The notes under the pieces are model-generated. The model ran no database searches, was not told where the DNA came from, and saw only the letters and a list, made by a program, of their open reading frames with translations. From a virus, in IMG/VR virus record IMGVR_UViG_3300027863_000019, positions 64,001-128,000 of that record: a stretch of DNA of 64,000 bases; one strand, 5' to 3'. Position 1 is the stretch's first letter, and the number at the start of each line of letters is the position of its first letter. This document shows positions 57,001-64,000 of this stretch, piece after piece. A program made the position numbers and the translations under genes.

Positions 57001-59045
57001 GTTTCTTAAATCCTCTTGTCGATTATTTCTATAGACCTGAACAACCATTTATTTTCCATTCAGGTGGCATTGTTCCGGGATCTGGAGATGTTCCAGCAAT
57101 CTTAGAAGGTGGCGAAGGTGTTATCTCTAAGAGCGCAATGAAGAAGTTTGCTGAAGGTGGAGAAGTTGAAAATCCTCTGCAAGGTTTGATGAGCGGTATT
57201 GGTCAAATGGTTCAAGGAATGTTGGCCCCAATTACTGACTCTATAAAAAGCCCACGTCAACAACAAATCGCGCAAATAGGTGAGGGTAATTACGCTGACA
57301 CCTTCATGAATCAAGTCCAGTATGAGAAAGCTTTCCAGCAAGAAAGAGATATGTATCGCCAGATTGATGCACAAAAGTATGCTCAATCACAACAGCAACA
57401 ATTGCAACAATGGATGCAGGGTGGTCCAATTAGTAGTATGTTTGGTCTTGGTGGTGGTGGTGGATTGGGTGGAGTAATTGGTGGTGGGCTTGGTTTACTT
57501 TCAAAGATTGGTATGTTCTTTGCTGAGGGCGGCCTTGTACCAGCAATTCAATGGTTAGCAAGTGGTGGACCAATCCTACAGAAGAATATTAATTATTCTT
57601 TATACTCATCAACCGTCGGACAGTCTAATTGGCCAACATCTACTACGACTAAAGAATCTTGGTTTGCGAAGTACTTCCCATATCTTGCAATTCCAATGAT
57701 GTTAATGCTTTCTTATGGTCTTAGCGGTAGGAATAAAAAGCAGGCTGCAGCTCAGGCTGATACTGATGCGTTTGTTAAGAGAATGCAGCAGAAGCTTGAA
57801 AGTGTTAAAACGCCCGAAGAAGCTTTCGCAGGTAAAGACTTACTTAGCACTGGACTTCCTGGAGCGCCAAGCCTATTTCAAAAACCATCTCTGTTTAGTC
57901 AAGGGTTGTTCAAGACTCCAGATTTAAGTTCTTCCATTGCAGATAACATTTTTGGTGAAGAGTTTGCTAAGGGTGGACTTGTTCAATACTTTGCATCCGG
58001 TGGAAATGTTTTAACAACTCGTTCTGCAGCGGAAACTAGTTGGCAGAATATGGGGCATACTGAAACGGTTTATACTGACGTTCCTTCTGCATGGCAGATG
58101 ATCATTCCTGGATTAATGTTAACTCTTCTACTTCCAATGTTGATGAAGAAGAAACGGGTGGGAGAGCAGTCTACTGATGTAACTGATCTCAAAAAGAAGT
58201 ATACTGAGATGGTGGGCAAATCGCCTGACTTGAAACCTAAATCTATTGGAGATTTGTGGAAAGAAAGAGATAGTGGTAAGTCAATGTTTGATATGCTCGG
58301 AAATGGTGTGAAGCTTAATCCTGAACTTACCGGCATATCCGACTTACAAGCAAAACTTGATGCAGCTAAAGCAATTCCATCCGGATCTTCGGGAGGCTTC
58401 CTTAATACCTTAATAGGAGGTCCTTCAAGGTGGTTAGAAGGATTACAAGGAGTTGGAAGTTCTCTATGGAGCGGCATTTCTGGAATCGGCAGTTCTCTAT
58501 GGAGCGGTATCTCAAGTATTGGAAGTGGAATCGGTAGCCTGTTCTCAGGAATTGGAAGCTGGTTTGGTAGCTTATTTAATAGAGGAGGTTTGGTTAGAAA
58601 GCTAGCTGGTGGTGGATATATCGCAGATTGGGGTGTTAGTAGATATTCTAATGGTGGTCCTATCGGTGGAGCTGGAACAACCGATACCGTACCCGCAATG
58701 TTAACTCCTGGAGAGTTCGTTGTTAATCGTCAAACAGTTGGAATGTTTGGACCCCAATTCTTCCATGCGTTACAAGATATGGCGAAGTTTAAAGGCGTTG
58801 CATCACCCGAGTCAGTACTTGCAGGAATGAGTGGAACATTAAAATTTGCTGCCGGTGGAGCAGTTCCAATTCCGAAACTTCCTAATGTTGCTGTACCAAC
58901 AACTGAGCATAAAATTACAGTGGCGAACGTTATGGACGAAGAGTCCGTTGGTCAATTTCTTAATACGAAAAAGTATGGAGAAGTTCTTGTCAATAAGCTT
59001 GGCGGCGGAGTTTCTCAACGCCTGTTGAGAGGTCAAGGAGTTTAA
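45009..59045 (+). CDS. giant tape measure protein (4678 aa) with TP901-type core and M15-type peptidase domain
   Basis: Long helical sequence; WQLGSAGL...MIKGSRAGRGL core; R...SMHGYGLAVD...EPWH at about 54800-55105; C-terminal FAxGG repeats and GTTDTVPAMLTPGEFVV. Confidence 0.9.
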   Translation: MPDDSPFILKVDNSALDQTIEKAKKTATELTNALSKASDSVKASLAKAFAPNQINTWMSGIQSKLAELQSSSSLKTTFTVDVSQVGAAQTAMKALESQVAAIQYSAKQAASALEDNIVRAVKRSVQQIKLLGEEQKKVQESLASATSPAAGVTIFPEYRRELQAQRRAIEKEVVQTKTVLQQLQNLYREFVKVQNSVDSIAVEVSNSPTMAKAIQKVSKNFGEGVQMALPKGEIAKDLRDYVLWHQEQTNKARDDITKHLENMEHAIGGRLRSLPDPLTSDLPRKRAEELKKTKKELEALYNEVAGLRNKSGTPHDIIGALEGPALGKMYEQFLKGLVGVDELNAQIVSRIDAYTAKSREITSKYLHLMEAFPEHIKAGGERIVPGLSGQAQIPVTIVDPTPAEIKGLQNRIALLQGLSVQSEKTKQEIASLQAQLAYFERGGKITQVPELQEGVTPNVRHVTHGYREHEFTPEALMSGESVEKLEEYRQALAGLDIAYRSSADSEELFADRMRNLGTIIGFTDSKDKLLLEYFQQNEQIAMRARRLFDGVKQSATDMPSVAEKIKEISGVARESLMKPGFETFDLSEKLKGSIGNATGYVRREFADTTKSAHESLLKLKMISEIFGEEITAPFKSVINYIRGYKDEAGVSQGIGPKFNMTAAGPFGTLEPVFKNFEDRMQRINALMMQFDTRPAETAPKLESELLGMSNLLTGVAGKYKDIRNEASDMASAFRIQPIMSEIQAIFNNPALSSQNLIQAQVAVAKLNEKFDQMVKYAPELEPLRQKIRQITDEFISTKAITVTEHPQVKQWTAEAEALKAQMERLKEQKPKGIAVAPGLAAEADEAQNRRAVDLWKREMESVETMYNERMQWIARQRGTPIEIDEAGVRAAFTKFDTQLQPFKRQLNFSQIIGDALTNLSRLGREAGDVGSNASMMLDKIFKLVEMVSVATKTGLVKSESEELQKMMAEMNQYTVHLKSEHLPVVEALGKEYQRFGDKVQTVIGGFLSKTERGALPNIIREKFAPPEFDEAMPLEEWLGSLSGGHRFFKPIGGEHDKSFIEQFAPPGSERGKQLTVADMFGTGRLELIDQATGKQTQFGKAVEFVKSQLREPGKFESFYQPAMQYTQRLTHYIQTLRAEIIETAKSDPKMASMVLALDTAQSKVFHTTESFKALKRSIEGIGPTQGAFSPNMSLIGRELAAVTDAATKSIDSHVQQFQERLKGILQKGGPQEIYGAIKEAMKLPVGSFDQPISSQGIGQILFGGGNESLIRGMSFERLTQIKAGLGEYFQEVVESGWGAGAIKRAQAIIKRLYTGINEEMHTQRAELLSKGEQLPTLSDETILPSRWAQEPTEKFSKQMKSATRAVMEALVAADTETFPDTAPFVQKISTWSVGQIDKIIKTLKQKTSQKSQEFAKALVPGELAESPEQEKMLIQMMNWERAIASAEKVKQGKLDELRRKRTAAAKDVGVEGEDVLTSEAISIAEAAPGAGRKIVESIDSVTAQKVAALKRQIAQMKGAGGAAALVDYEKGMAEGIKQPGFLETVLGPTQIDPVKQRLSNLINPFVQINAELENLGMVFSRQGRPVAAWSELLKAGQTTIMDLIKEVAKVSPATDTLDEHIMKFNATASDEKKVMTFASLLEMIQSIKIALSVAIPEYQKLVDTGDFTGAAAKREDLVSTTRLLTTLMQELARSESAVVSNEFLIEDLRRREITTLRELGQAYRIHKLEAQESIGPLASASRAEQAKAALAGRDILRQSVISAQWRGEKTTEPGGPFEGIGEPVGTIADVSEKMLGRWDQLANMRKGIVDVINTYRTANKEFEYGVAEPKNLDDLIAKLMKFNRILEEGKNLPPTWQKSYENAFKGVQPFLQGVLEAANKASTSAGRTSFAEKWAGDIQKARDEAAHLIIEMQELTKLMQSTPRGAETQQKRIAQSERAGELLERAGVVQLEMSKDSHTPSEEMRLAAAATQELKAASSGNLSLWERITNTVKTTRNNFADLFMYQVRWYTSMMIFWGVFNKVGETFKALVETQHQIQRAVRAMREESGEIVQHWARLEHVAQANIFENMVKWATDAKQAGEVLWQLGSAGLNASESLAALGPVLGLIRASEGDTTETTKIVAGVFNVLQDSIEGAAQAGTKFRIITDVIAKVFRDHQVELSELNQGYRFAISSADTAGLSFYELSAMLGVLNDNMIKGSRAGRGLQQVLVHIAKDPYEIVASFIELAKHMNVPLEVYEKLQKPIANMSTMELMREFSNIVKASGKSLEALSREMDKFGMIGGRTLAPLLLNFDKVDTTVQQLILHSTGSTQQMAQHITTTIAANLRRVASYFEQYMYPVITGLNTIFSATLIGFVKLAGAMEGIQSKVISGSFGSIGMPGVGGTIDAFLKAATLIGSISILSAQLPDKFNLVNKALEWMGNRGAAGFEKLGAGFLNLLASTGPLARAWGSIVSGFQAGLSALSAGFELLKTTLISVNASIQSIGVGATLMKPLQAGLTAASAAALYLYDSIKLVGLGRTIMDGLITVTLALGTALKAVGAAMWAHPVLAAIGLIAGAFAIAYAYVKIWKKSVDDVVAESIESAAKYQEKLTELEQKSIQAHHALSNIKENKEAYRALISGAEDSATATDKQRKAFDDLMRSAGIESNTMKDNTITVGELKQRFSELTPEVQENVRALNAHYNAVLSNKELQEKFIESLRKQVEAMEATAEAAKKAKQELAGGFMFKSQDSEVSAKNFTNWIRTIFMSKEERLAFYEEQRAAVKDAENSAREARNQIAKSFESIGTLHISNPMKDYVKELMGKGKDETEIRDALEKAFMPPKNLSFKDWKPNIEGFDYDVALRRIFPDNAVLEKIFKEGATAEIFGAKAAKEIEKIDTSKASGMAEAKRIAFAALLNKIFPSLSDKTLESAGVKLGPEAMNKYLDALNRAHEQFLKTLGAHEQEVNQFYLKAGESAVGAMKQGYDAQAFATEAFGMEMTRLNQDYIRTQQEFAEKRQIIERKHAETGREVPKVEMDTLNIEEQTALLKVRQQQFELAKKIGDLTAKAWQEGAGEVLKYQYSMKNLEAKQKELQATEKLSEIEKKLAENVRVSMQEAEEAHRLKMEYLKLEAEGKKLEIEYNKTSEEMKLNAVIRESQMLLAKDAVEKDERLKLTDVQKQMVNNQIAMAERQLSQLSSLMGMQMAVAQQEMNTKVKQEDERAWQERGKIAIHNLRTMLEGQAAVVGEFYRTQMPTGASGGDSGTSKYFERGVHGSEAKAEHIVGRLEGLDPEFMKRLKGLADEYYQITGKVMRVSDAFRSYQEQVDLKKRKPTLAATPGYSMHGYGLAVDIDTAQANEMATMGLLEKWNIYRPMLGQGGGKNEPWHLQPTGMRAETVKVPMNIAVDYSAEKIPPASVEKAKLSLAGEMQAAIDEMLKMLKERGEKAQPQIKKGITELFNTLKDLHIDPKDIDLYSKFFDSLKNVAIAAGMPVKKIADLITEAYKKQFDQGVVFDVPLLVKYTAEARAAGGTDEQVRKRVQETFRVAFEHEENWTKDRFQGMMDFISNGVTETGISGKKVFAQLMTDIFTPSKLQIMLDSDIDLIDMFYQQIANLGRKLTNSDVTPTKIGRTFETAIRGIISSGEELAPEKYEKLVNALSQIPRINLKEAASDVEKYWQAIGNTRALSMPDLGTMQRDMMRFGSTSDEVWKAIGDVADVQIRRMYASWEKGSEQMKGDFSTLKELSGAFWLGMLKGVADYASKLKDPIRRLAGEITEILNSMQSSLESIISDTLKGDFKGWNEYLTKFGENLINIASKNMSEMIMQSLTSWVGDAMGIKKPRPGEMSQKEAESFGAKEGERQSRANIEQTMQHTEKIKTGQEKVIENTKRIADNVAELIDVVKQKGGEHPSETRSGTTGGERTSESGERVGGISGGGGETGVGPIESGASEVAAVMPSSKTSGAVERAEEKPLVGYETEGWDAGLSKTEIEEYKARGIPVLSEDAGVTGEIKEETRPDFGFLNPLVDYFYRPEQPFIFHSGGIVPGSGDVPAILEGGEGVISKSAMKKFAEGGEVENPLQGLMSGIGQMVQGMLAPITDSIKSPRQQQIAQIGEGNYADTFMNQVQYEKAFQQERDMYRQIDAQKYAQSQQQQLQQWMQGGPISSMFGLGGGGGLGGVIGGGLGLLSKIGMFFAEGGLVPAIQWLASGGPILQKNINYSLYSSTVGQSNWPTSTTTKESWFAKYFPYLAIPMMLMLSYGLSGRNKKQAAAQADTDAFVKRMQQKLESVKTPEEAFAGKDLLSTGLPGAPSLFQKPSLFSQGLFKTPDLSSSIADNIFGEEFAKGGLVQYFASGGNVLTTRSAAETSWQNMGHTETVYTDVPSAWQMIIPGLMLTLLLPMLMKKKRVGEQSTDVTDLKKKYTEMVGKSPDLKPKSIGDLWKERDSGKSMFDMLGNGVKLNPELTGISDLQAKLDAAKAIPSGSSGGFLNTLIGGPSRWLEGLQGVGSSLWSGISGIGSSLWSGISSIGSGIGSLFSGIGSWFGSLFNRGGLVRKLAGGGYIADWGVSRYSNGGPIGGAGTTDTVPAMLTPGEFVVNRQTVGMFGPQFFHALQDMAKFKGVASPESVLAGMSGTLKFAAGGAVPIPKLPNVAVPTTEHKITVANVMDEESVGQFLNTKKYGEVLVNKLGGGVSQRLLRGQGV

Positions 59046-59252
59046 ATGTTTATTCCCAAACCCATAACAATGGCAATCATCACTTTCCTTTTTCCAATGG
59101 CAACATCTGTCGGTTACTGGCTTAAAGTGACTACAGTTGGTGAAGTTGGAATCGCTTGGCAGATCTCAATTCTCGCGTTTCAGATTCAGAAATACTTTTG
59201 GAGCGAAACTGATTATCGTGAAGTAAAGCACTTCTTATTTAGGGGGAAGTAA
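59046..59252 (+). CDS. short protein in distal-tail (Dit) position, possibly truncated
   Basis: 68 aa, coupled to TMP and the next gene. Confidence 0.4.
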   Translation: MFIPKPITMAIITFLFPMATSVGYWLKVTTVGEVGIAWQISILAFQIQKYFWSETDYREVKHFLFRGK

Positions 59253-60055
59253 TGCAAGTCCATTTGTTCGGCTTCACTCTAAATCAAGCTTCGCTTTATG
59301 TCACGAATGATAACGTCCAACACGTTTATAGTGGCATCACATATAATGCAAGTGCTATAACGTGTAAGGAATATATTTATGACCTTAAAGAGGTTATGGG
59401 TGAAGCCAATATTAACATTCCGTTTGCTCAAAGTGGCTTCCTCGCTGGTGCTGCTTCACGTTCAATTGAAGGACCTGTTAGAGTAGAAGTGTATGAATAT
59501 GATACAATTAACGATGATGCGACGCTAATTTTTCGTGGATTTGTAAACGTATTTAAAGTATCTAAAGCTGCTCTCGATATGCAATGTGTATCATTTGTTG
59601 AGCACGCACGAGATAATTATGCGAGACTTCAATTGTCGCGCGTATGTCAGCATCGACTTTATAGTCCTCTCTGTGGAGTTAATGAAGCGAATTACAAAGT
59701 TGCTGGAACTATTTCTGGCTTCTCAGTTGATAGAGTTACTATTGAGATTAATGGAATTAATAATACGAGTGGATACTTTACTTATGGTTGGGTTGAATGG
59801 AAAGGAGTATATCGCCATATTGTAAATGATGTTTGGAATGGTACTTCACGTTTTGTTGATTTACTGCACTTCGCACCCACATCGTGGCAGAAAGATCAGC
59901 AAATAACTTTAGTTGCTGGGTGCGATAAACATTCAGATACTTGTAAGAGTAAGTTTGGGAACTTTGCGAATTTTATGGGATTCCCTTATGCACCATATGA
60001 ATCCATTAGATATACGGGATTAAGGCAACAATCTATTAGTAGGTCGAAAAAATAA
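59252..60055 (+). CDS. DUF2163/BR0599-type tail hub protein
   Basis: CQHRLYSPLCGV; AGCDKHSDTCKSKFGNFANFMGFPY. Confidence 0.85.
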   Translation: MQVHLFGFTLNQASLYVTNDNVQHVYSGITYNASAITCKEYIYDLKEVMGEANINIPFAQSGFLAGAASRSIEGPVRVEVYEYDTINDDATLIFRGFVNVFKVSKAALDMQCVSFVEHARDNYARLQLSRVCQHRLYSPLCGVNEANYKVAGTISGFSVDRVTIEINGINNTSGYFTYGWVEWKGVYRHIVNDVWNGTSRFVDLLHFAPTSWQKDQQITLVAGCDKHSDTCKSKFGNFANFMGFPYAPYESIRYTGLRQQSISRSKK

Positions 60056-60504
60056 TGAGTGTGTTACAAAATTTCATTGATGAAGTAGAATCTTGGGTTG
60101 GTACACCCTATTTTACTGAAGGATGTACTAAGGGTCCTAAAGGTGGGACTAATTGTGGTCATTGGCTTGTCGCAGCTATAACATCAACAATACCAAATTC
60201 CGAAGCAGTGTTAGAGGGTTATGAATGGTCACACATTAGATACTTTAAAACTTGCACAGACATTATGCCAGCAATAATAGAGAAAGTTGCGGTTGAAATA
60301 ACTCTCGATGAAATAACGGTAGGAGATGTTACGTTTACTACATATAGACGAATCGCTTCCATTCCAGCAGTTTATGTTGGTGATGGAATGTATGTCTATT
60401 GTAATGTATCTCAACGACAGATAGTAAAGATGCCTTTATTAGAGAATTATTTGAACAAGCTTTCACATGTTTATCGTTTTAAATATTTTATGGAGGGTCA
60501 TTAA
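60055..60504 (+). CDS. NlpC/P60-like tail-associated protein
   Basis: SWVGTPY...GTNCG...GDV...AVYVGDG; standard position after DUF2163. Confidence 0.7.
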   Translation: MSVLQNFIDEVESWVGTPYFTEGCTKGPKGGTNCGHWLVAAITSTIPNSEAVLEGYEWSHIRYFKTCTDIMPAIIEKVAVEITLDEITVGDVTFTTYRRIASIPAVYVGDGMYVYCNVSQRQIVKMPLLENYLNKLSHVYRFKYFMEGH

Positions 60505-60765
60505 ATGGGGCTCTTGAGTTTTGCAAATCCGGCGATGTGGTTAGTGAATATTGGAATTGCGGGATTGGGTTATCTTTTATATAAACCAAAACGTAATCAA
60601 AAAACTAAACCGCCTGACATGGAATTTAAAATGAGTGCTGTAAAGATTGGTACTCCCATTCCAGTCGTGTTAGGTTACGCTAAAGTAGGTGGCCTAATTA
60701 TTGAATGGGGTGATTGGACTGTTGTGGCGCATAAGAAACGTATAAAAGGTGGTAAAGCCTTCTAA
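60505..60765 (+). CDS. small tail assembly protein
   Basis: GTPIPVVLGYAKVGG..IEWGD motif typical of GTA-like tail tip modules. Confidence 0.65.
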   Translation: MGLLSFANPAMWLVNIGIAGLGYLLYKPKRNQKTKPPDMEFKMSAVKIGTPIPVVLGYAKVGGLIIEWGDWTVVAHKKRIKGGKAF

Positions 60766-62831
60766 TGGGAATTGGAAGTCAAATCAAAATTACAACTTAT
60801 ACGTATCGCATTCGAACTGCGTATGCGATTACGTATGGTCCTATCGATGAATTCATTCGATTTGATTATAATAGTGACTACAAAACATACTATGCCGCAC
60901 GTTCTGGATCCGTTCTCAATCTAAATACTTCCGAGAACGTTCTTTCAGGTCAAATCTGGTGGGGTAATGCTAGCCAAGGTACTAGTCCAAACCTTTCTGT
61001 TATGCATGAGGGGATGAACTATAATAATATTTGCTATGGTGACTTCCATCTTGATCTAGGTTCCTCCCCCGCAATGCCGGCTGTTGCGTTTACTGTTACA
61101 CGATACTATGCACCCGATCTTCCGGAAGGTTATAGTTGGGGAAGTATAACTGGATCATCGAGTGGCATGAATCCCGCCGTAATGCTTTATGATTTATTGA
61201 CGAATCAGGTATATGGCTATGGTTTGAGTGCTGATGATATCTATATTGATTCATTTGTTGGAGCTTCTAATCAATTGGCGAACGAAGATTTAACTTGTAG
61301 TACTGTAATTGATACCGCTGAAGTGTATGCCGTTGTTCGCGCGGTACTTGATTGGATCGATGGAGAGTTAATCTATCGTGAGGATGTTGGAAAGATTGCT
61401 CTTCGTTTAAGAAGAAAAGATTATACGCTTGATCAACTAGTTCAAGTGACAGCATCCGATATTCGAGCTCAAACTTTTGATTTACAGCGTCCAAGTTGGT
61501 ATGCAACTAAGAACGTAGTTTACGTTAACTTTAATGATATAAATCGTGAATGCGATCAAAACTTAGTGTATGCTGAAGATTTAGCAAACTACAATATGAC
61601 GGGCAACCAACGAGTTCAAGAGTTTAACTTTAATATTTTCACTGAAGGTTCGATGGCTCAAAAGGTTGCGACTCGTCAATTGCATAGACACTCATATCCT
61701 TGGGCTAAAGTTACCTTTGAGTGTTTCGCAGATAAAGGAGATGCACTAAAAGTTTTCGAACCCTTTTGGCTGCAACACGATTACTACGGCGTAGCGGCAG
61801 TATTTAGGATTACAGAGAAACGCCGTCAAGGACCGAACATTTGGAAAATTGAATGTGTCGAGGAATGCTTTTGTGCTAACTCCGCTTTTGCTGCAGGAGT
61901 TGATGAACCGTATCCAATTGTTCCTTATGTAACTCCTCAATCGATCGATTGGGATTATCGAATTCTTAATTCATATTATCGTGGATATCTTGTACTTGGA
62001 TATTCTAACGACCAGACAACCGATGTTATCTTAGATAGTTTCGTGGTAGAGTCGGATGTTGGACTTTCAACCTGTGATTACGCATGTGTTGGTAGGCTCG
62101 TTAATCCCGTTACTTCAGGTCATGATGCTACGTTATATGTTCAAAAGGATAAACACTTTCAAGATGACTTCTCGACCGTTGGTTACGTTCTAATTGATGA
62201 CGAGATCATGAAGATTGACTCTGCATCAGAGACTACCGATCAAGTAACGTATCTTTCAAGTAATGCTCATCGTGCATTGGAGGAAACAACTCAAGCGAAT
62301 CATTCTGTCGGTGCTAAAGTATTTGCCCTAGATTGTCGAGCTTTCGTTGCATCGAATATGATTCCTGGGCATACGTATACGATGTCTATCACAGCACATT
62401 ATATGTATCCTATTCTTTGGTTTGATTCTGATGATGCCGTAACGTATGAGATCGTTTGGGAACCTCTTACTGATATGCCAAAGGATCCCGTGATTCAATC
62501 ACACAGTAGTGACGATTATTTACAGGATATTACTTTTACTTGGAAGGCTCAAAATAGAGTCGCACCAATTCCAACACCATGTTCTGGACTTACTGCATAT
62601 CCCCAAACCGACTCGGTCGATCAAATTTTAGGATATAAGATATGTCAGTGTAATCAAGGGGCGGGAACGACAAGTTTGTTAACGACTTACATTGATCCTG
62701 GTACAACTTCATACACAAGTACGCGTGCCGAAAGAATTGCGGCAGGAATTTGTACGTCCTTTAGATTTGAAGTTTATTCTCGTGGAGTGAAAGGTTTTGA
62801 TTCACTTCCCGCTACGATCGATATAGGATAA
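60765..62831 (+). CDS. tail tip / central fibre protein (GTA-like)
   Basis: MNPAVMLYDLLTN..YGYG, LRLRRKDY, NVVYVNF.D, IDDEIM. Confidence 0.75.
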   Translation: MGIGSQIKITTYTYRIRTAYAITYGPIDEFIRFDYNSDYKTYYAARSGSVLNLNTSENVLSGQIWWGNASQGTSPNLSVMHEGMNYNNICYGDFHLDLGSSPAMPAVAFTVTRYYAPDLPEGYSWGSITGSSSGMNPAVMLYDLLTNQVYGYGLSADDIYIDSFVGASNQLANEDLTCSTVIDTAEVYAVVRAVLDWIDGELIYREDVGKIALRLRRKDYTLDQLVQVTASDIRAQTFDLQRPSWYATKNVVYVNFNDINRECDQNLVYAEDLANYNMTGNQRVQEFNFNIFTEGSMAQKVATRQLHRHSYPWAKVTFECFADKGDALKVFEPFWLQHDYYGVAAVFRITEKRRQGPNIWKIECVEECFCANSAFAAGVDEPYPIVPYVTPQSIDWDYRILNSYYRGYLVLGYSNDQTTDVILDSFVVESDVGLSTCDYACVGRLVNPVTSGHDATLYVQKDKHFQDDFSTVGYVLIDDEIMKIDSASETTDQVTYLSSNAHRALEETTQANHSVGAKVFALDCRAFVASNMIPGHTYTMSITAHYMYPILWFDSDDAVTYEIVWEPLTDMPKDPVIQSHSSDDYLQDITFTWKAQNRVAPIPTPCSGLTAYPQTDSVDQILGYKICQCNQGAGTTSLLTTYIDPGTTSYTSTRAERIAAGICTSFRFEVYSRGVKGFDSLPATIDIG

Positions 62832-62835
62832 GAAA

Positions 62836-63387
62836 ATGCCAATTAATTTACCCGCATATGATATACAACGGCTTTCGATAGGCCCTGCAGTAATTTATTT
62901 TGGTGCTGCTGGAATTACTCCTACTATCGATTTTGGAGCAATTCATGGTGCTGATCTAAAGATTGCGATTGAGACTACTAAGTTTTTAGTTGGAATGCCT
63001 GCTGTCCCATCTTGGTATCGTTTTAAATCAGTTGATGTAACCTTAACAGTCAAGGGTCTTGAATGGAATTTAAATAAAGTTAAACAAGCGATTGGTGGTT
63101 GGTTTTTAGATACAACGCAAGGAAGTTTACATACGGAAACTCTATACGGAAACTTTGAGTATGTAGATCCTTTATCGTTACGTTTAGTTCACGTAACACC
63201 ATATGGCGCAACATTGATGGTAGATATCTATCAAGCACTCCCCGGAGGAGCAGATCAATTTTCCTTCCAATGGAATCTTCACGAGATTCCATACACCTTT
63301 CATGCAGTCTCGACTCAGTATGACTGGGGTGGAAATGCTCTCCCTCCAAATACGCCATATAAAATTACTTTCCAACAAACGGTGTAA
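62836..63387 (+). CDS. second tail-tube-like protein (paralogue of 43061-43633)
   Basis: MPINLPAYDIQRLSIGPAVIYFG vs MPYNLPSYDTNRLSIGPCILYIG; shared GxEWN, LxLVHxTPYG, PYTFHA, DWxGNxLP. Confidence 0.8.
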   Translation: MPINLPAYDIQRLSIGPAVIYFGAAGITPTIDFGAIHGADLKIAIETTKFLVGMPAVPSWYRFKSVDVTLTVKGLEWNLNKVKQAIGGWFLDTTQGSLHTETLYGNFEYVDPLSLRLVHVTPYGATLMVDIYQALPGGADQFSFQWNLHEIPYTFHAVSTQYDWGGNALPPNTPYKITFQQTV

Positions 63388-63389
63388 GT

Positions 63390-64000
63390 ATGGCGAATAT
63401 CTTTATGACTGGTTTTGAGTGGGGAACTTTGTATGAAGTTTCCTGGTGGGATGCATGGAACTTTTGTTCTATTGCAACTGATGTCGTTCGTTCAGGAAAC
63501 TACTCGATACGTTTATATGGAGCGTATGCTTCCTTCGCCATTTTTCTTCCTGGAGCTAAGAATGAAATTTTCGTCCAGTTTGCGTACTACACCGATGGGG
63601 CTTTTGGGAGCATTGGTTCAGTATTGTTAAACTGGTATGGTTTAAGTGGCGATAGACGTATTGGATATATTTCAACCTCTGAATCGGGGCAGATCCGTAT
63701 CTATACCGTAACTCATCCTGATGGAGTAAATGAAAGTGCGACGCTGAGGGCTCAAGGAAATGTTCGTTTAAAAACGAATCGTTGGTATGTTATTGAAATG
63801 CGAATCAAAGCCGATCCGAACTTTGGCGCCTTAGAAGTTCGAGTTGATGGTGTTCCAGATTGTAGTTTTTGGGGACCAACTACAGAATATAATCCTGGAA
63901 CAATTGATTCCGTCAGGTGGGGTCAGTTTAGTTGTTGGATTGATGATATTGTAATCAATGATACGACTGGAACTCATAATAATTCATGGCCGGGCTGTTT
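63390..64000 (+). CDS. tail-associated lectin/LamG-like protein, 3'-truncated by window edge
   Basis: Manual translation MANIFMTGFEWG...NRWYVIEMRIK...GALEVRVDG...WIDDIVINDTTG; open to the end. Confidence 0.65.
   Translation, partial: MANIFMTGFEWGTLYEVSWWDAWNFCSIATDVVRSGNYSIRLYGAYASFAIFLPGAKNEIFVQFAYYTDGAFGSIGSVLLNWYGLSGDRRIGYISTSESGQIRIYTVTHPDGVNESATLRAQGNVRLKTNRWYVIEMRIKADPNFGALEVRVDGVPDCSFWGPTTEYNPGTIDSVRWGQFSCWIDDIVINDTTGTHNNSWPGC

Noticed and set aside
63415-63630. 71-aa ORF in the track
   Set aside because: Out of frame within the longer open frame that starts at 63390 and runs off the window.

Overview
A 64-kb segment of a large tailed dsDNA phage genome; essentially all real genes are on the + strand. 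Left to right: (i) accessory genes (PRTase C-terminus, papain-like protease, membrane proteins, a glycosyltransferase/methyltransferase cluster); (ii) DNA metabolism (Mre11/Rad50-like nuclease pair, intein-containing FolE, QueC, dUTPase, gp32-like SSB, RecA/UvsX); (iii) packaging and head (TerS, intein-containing TerL, portal, a nucleotidyltransferase-motif protein and a ligase/phosphoesterase protein, HK97 protease, major capsid); (iv) neck and tail, with an intact TnpB element, a 4678-aa tape measure protein and two tail-tube paralogues. The most striking element is at about 11.06-14.75 kb. A Ro60/TROVE gene is preceded by an array of about 7 structured non-coding units sharing a conserved closing helix (GG[A/T]AGTGA-stem-TACTTC ... 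stem'-pyrimidine tract-CTCC) but carrying different internal domains. One domain is a circularly permuted tRNA mimic with YrlA-type Y RNA architecture. This looks like a phage-encoded, modular multi-Y-RNA/Ro60 system, interspersed with a tRNA-Met(CAU) and a Gly/Lys micropeptide. Several dispersed TnpB right-end/omegaRNA fragments show compensatory base changes, and there are many deletion-scarred pseudogenes. All calls come from manual motif reading; no searches were run.
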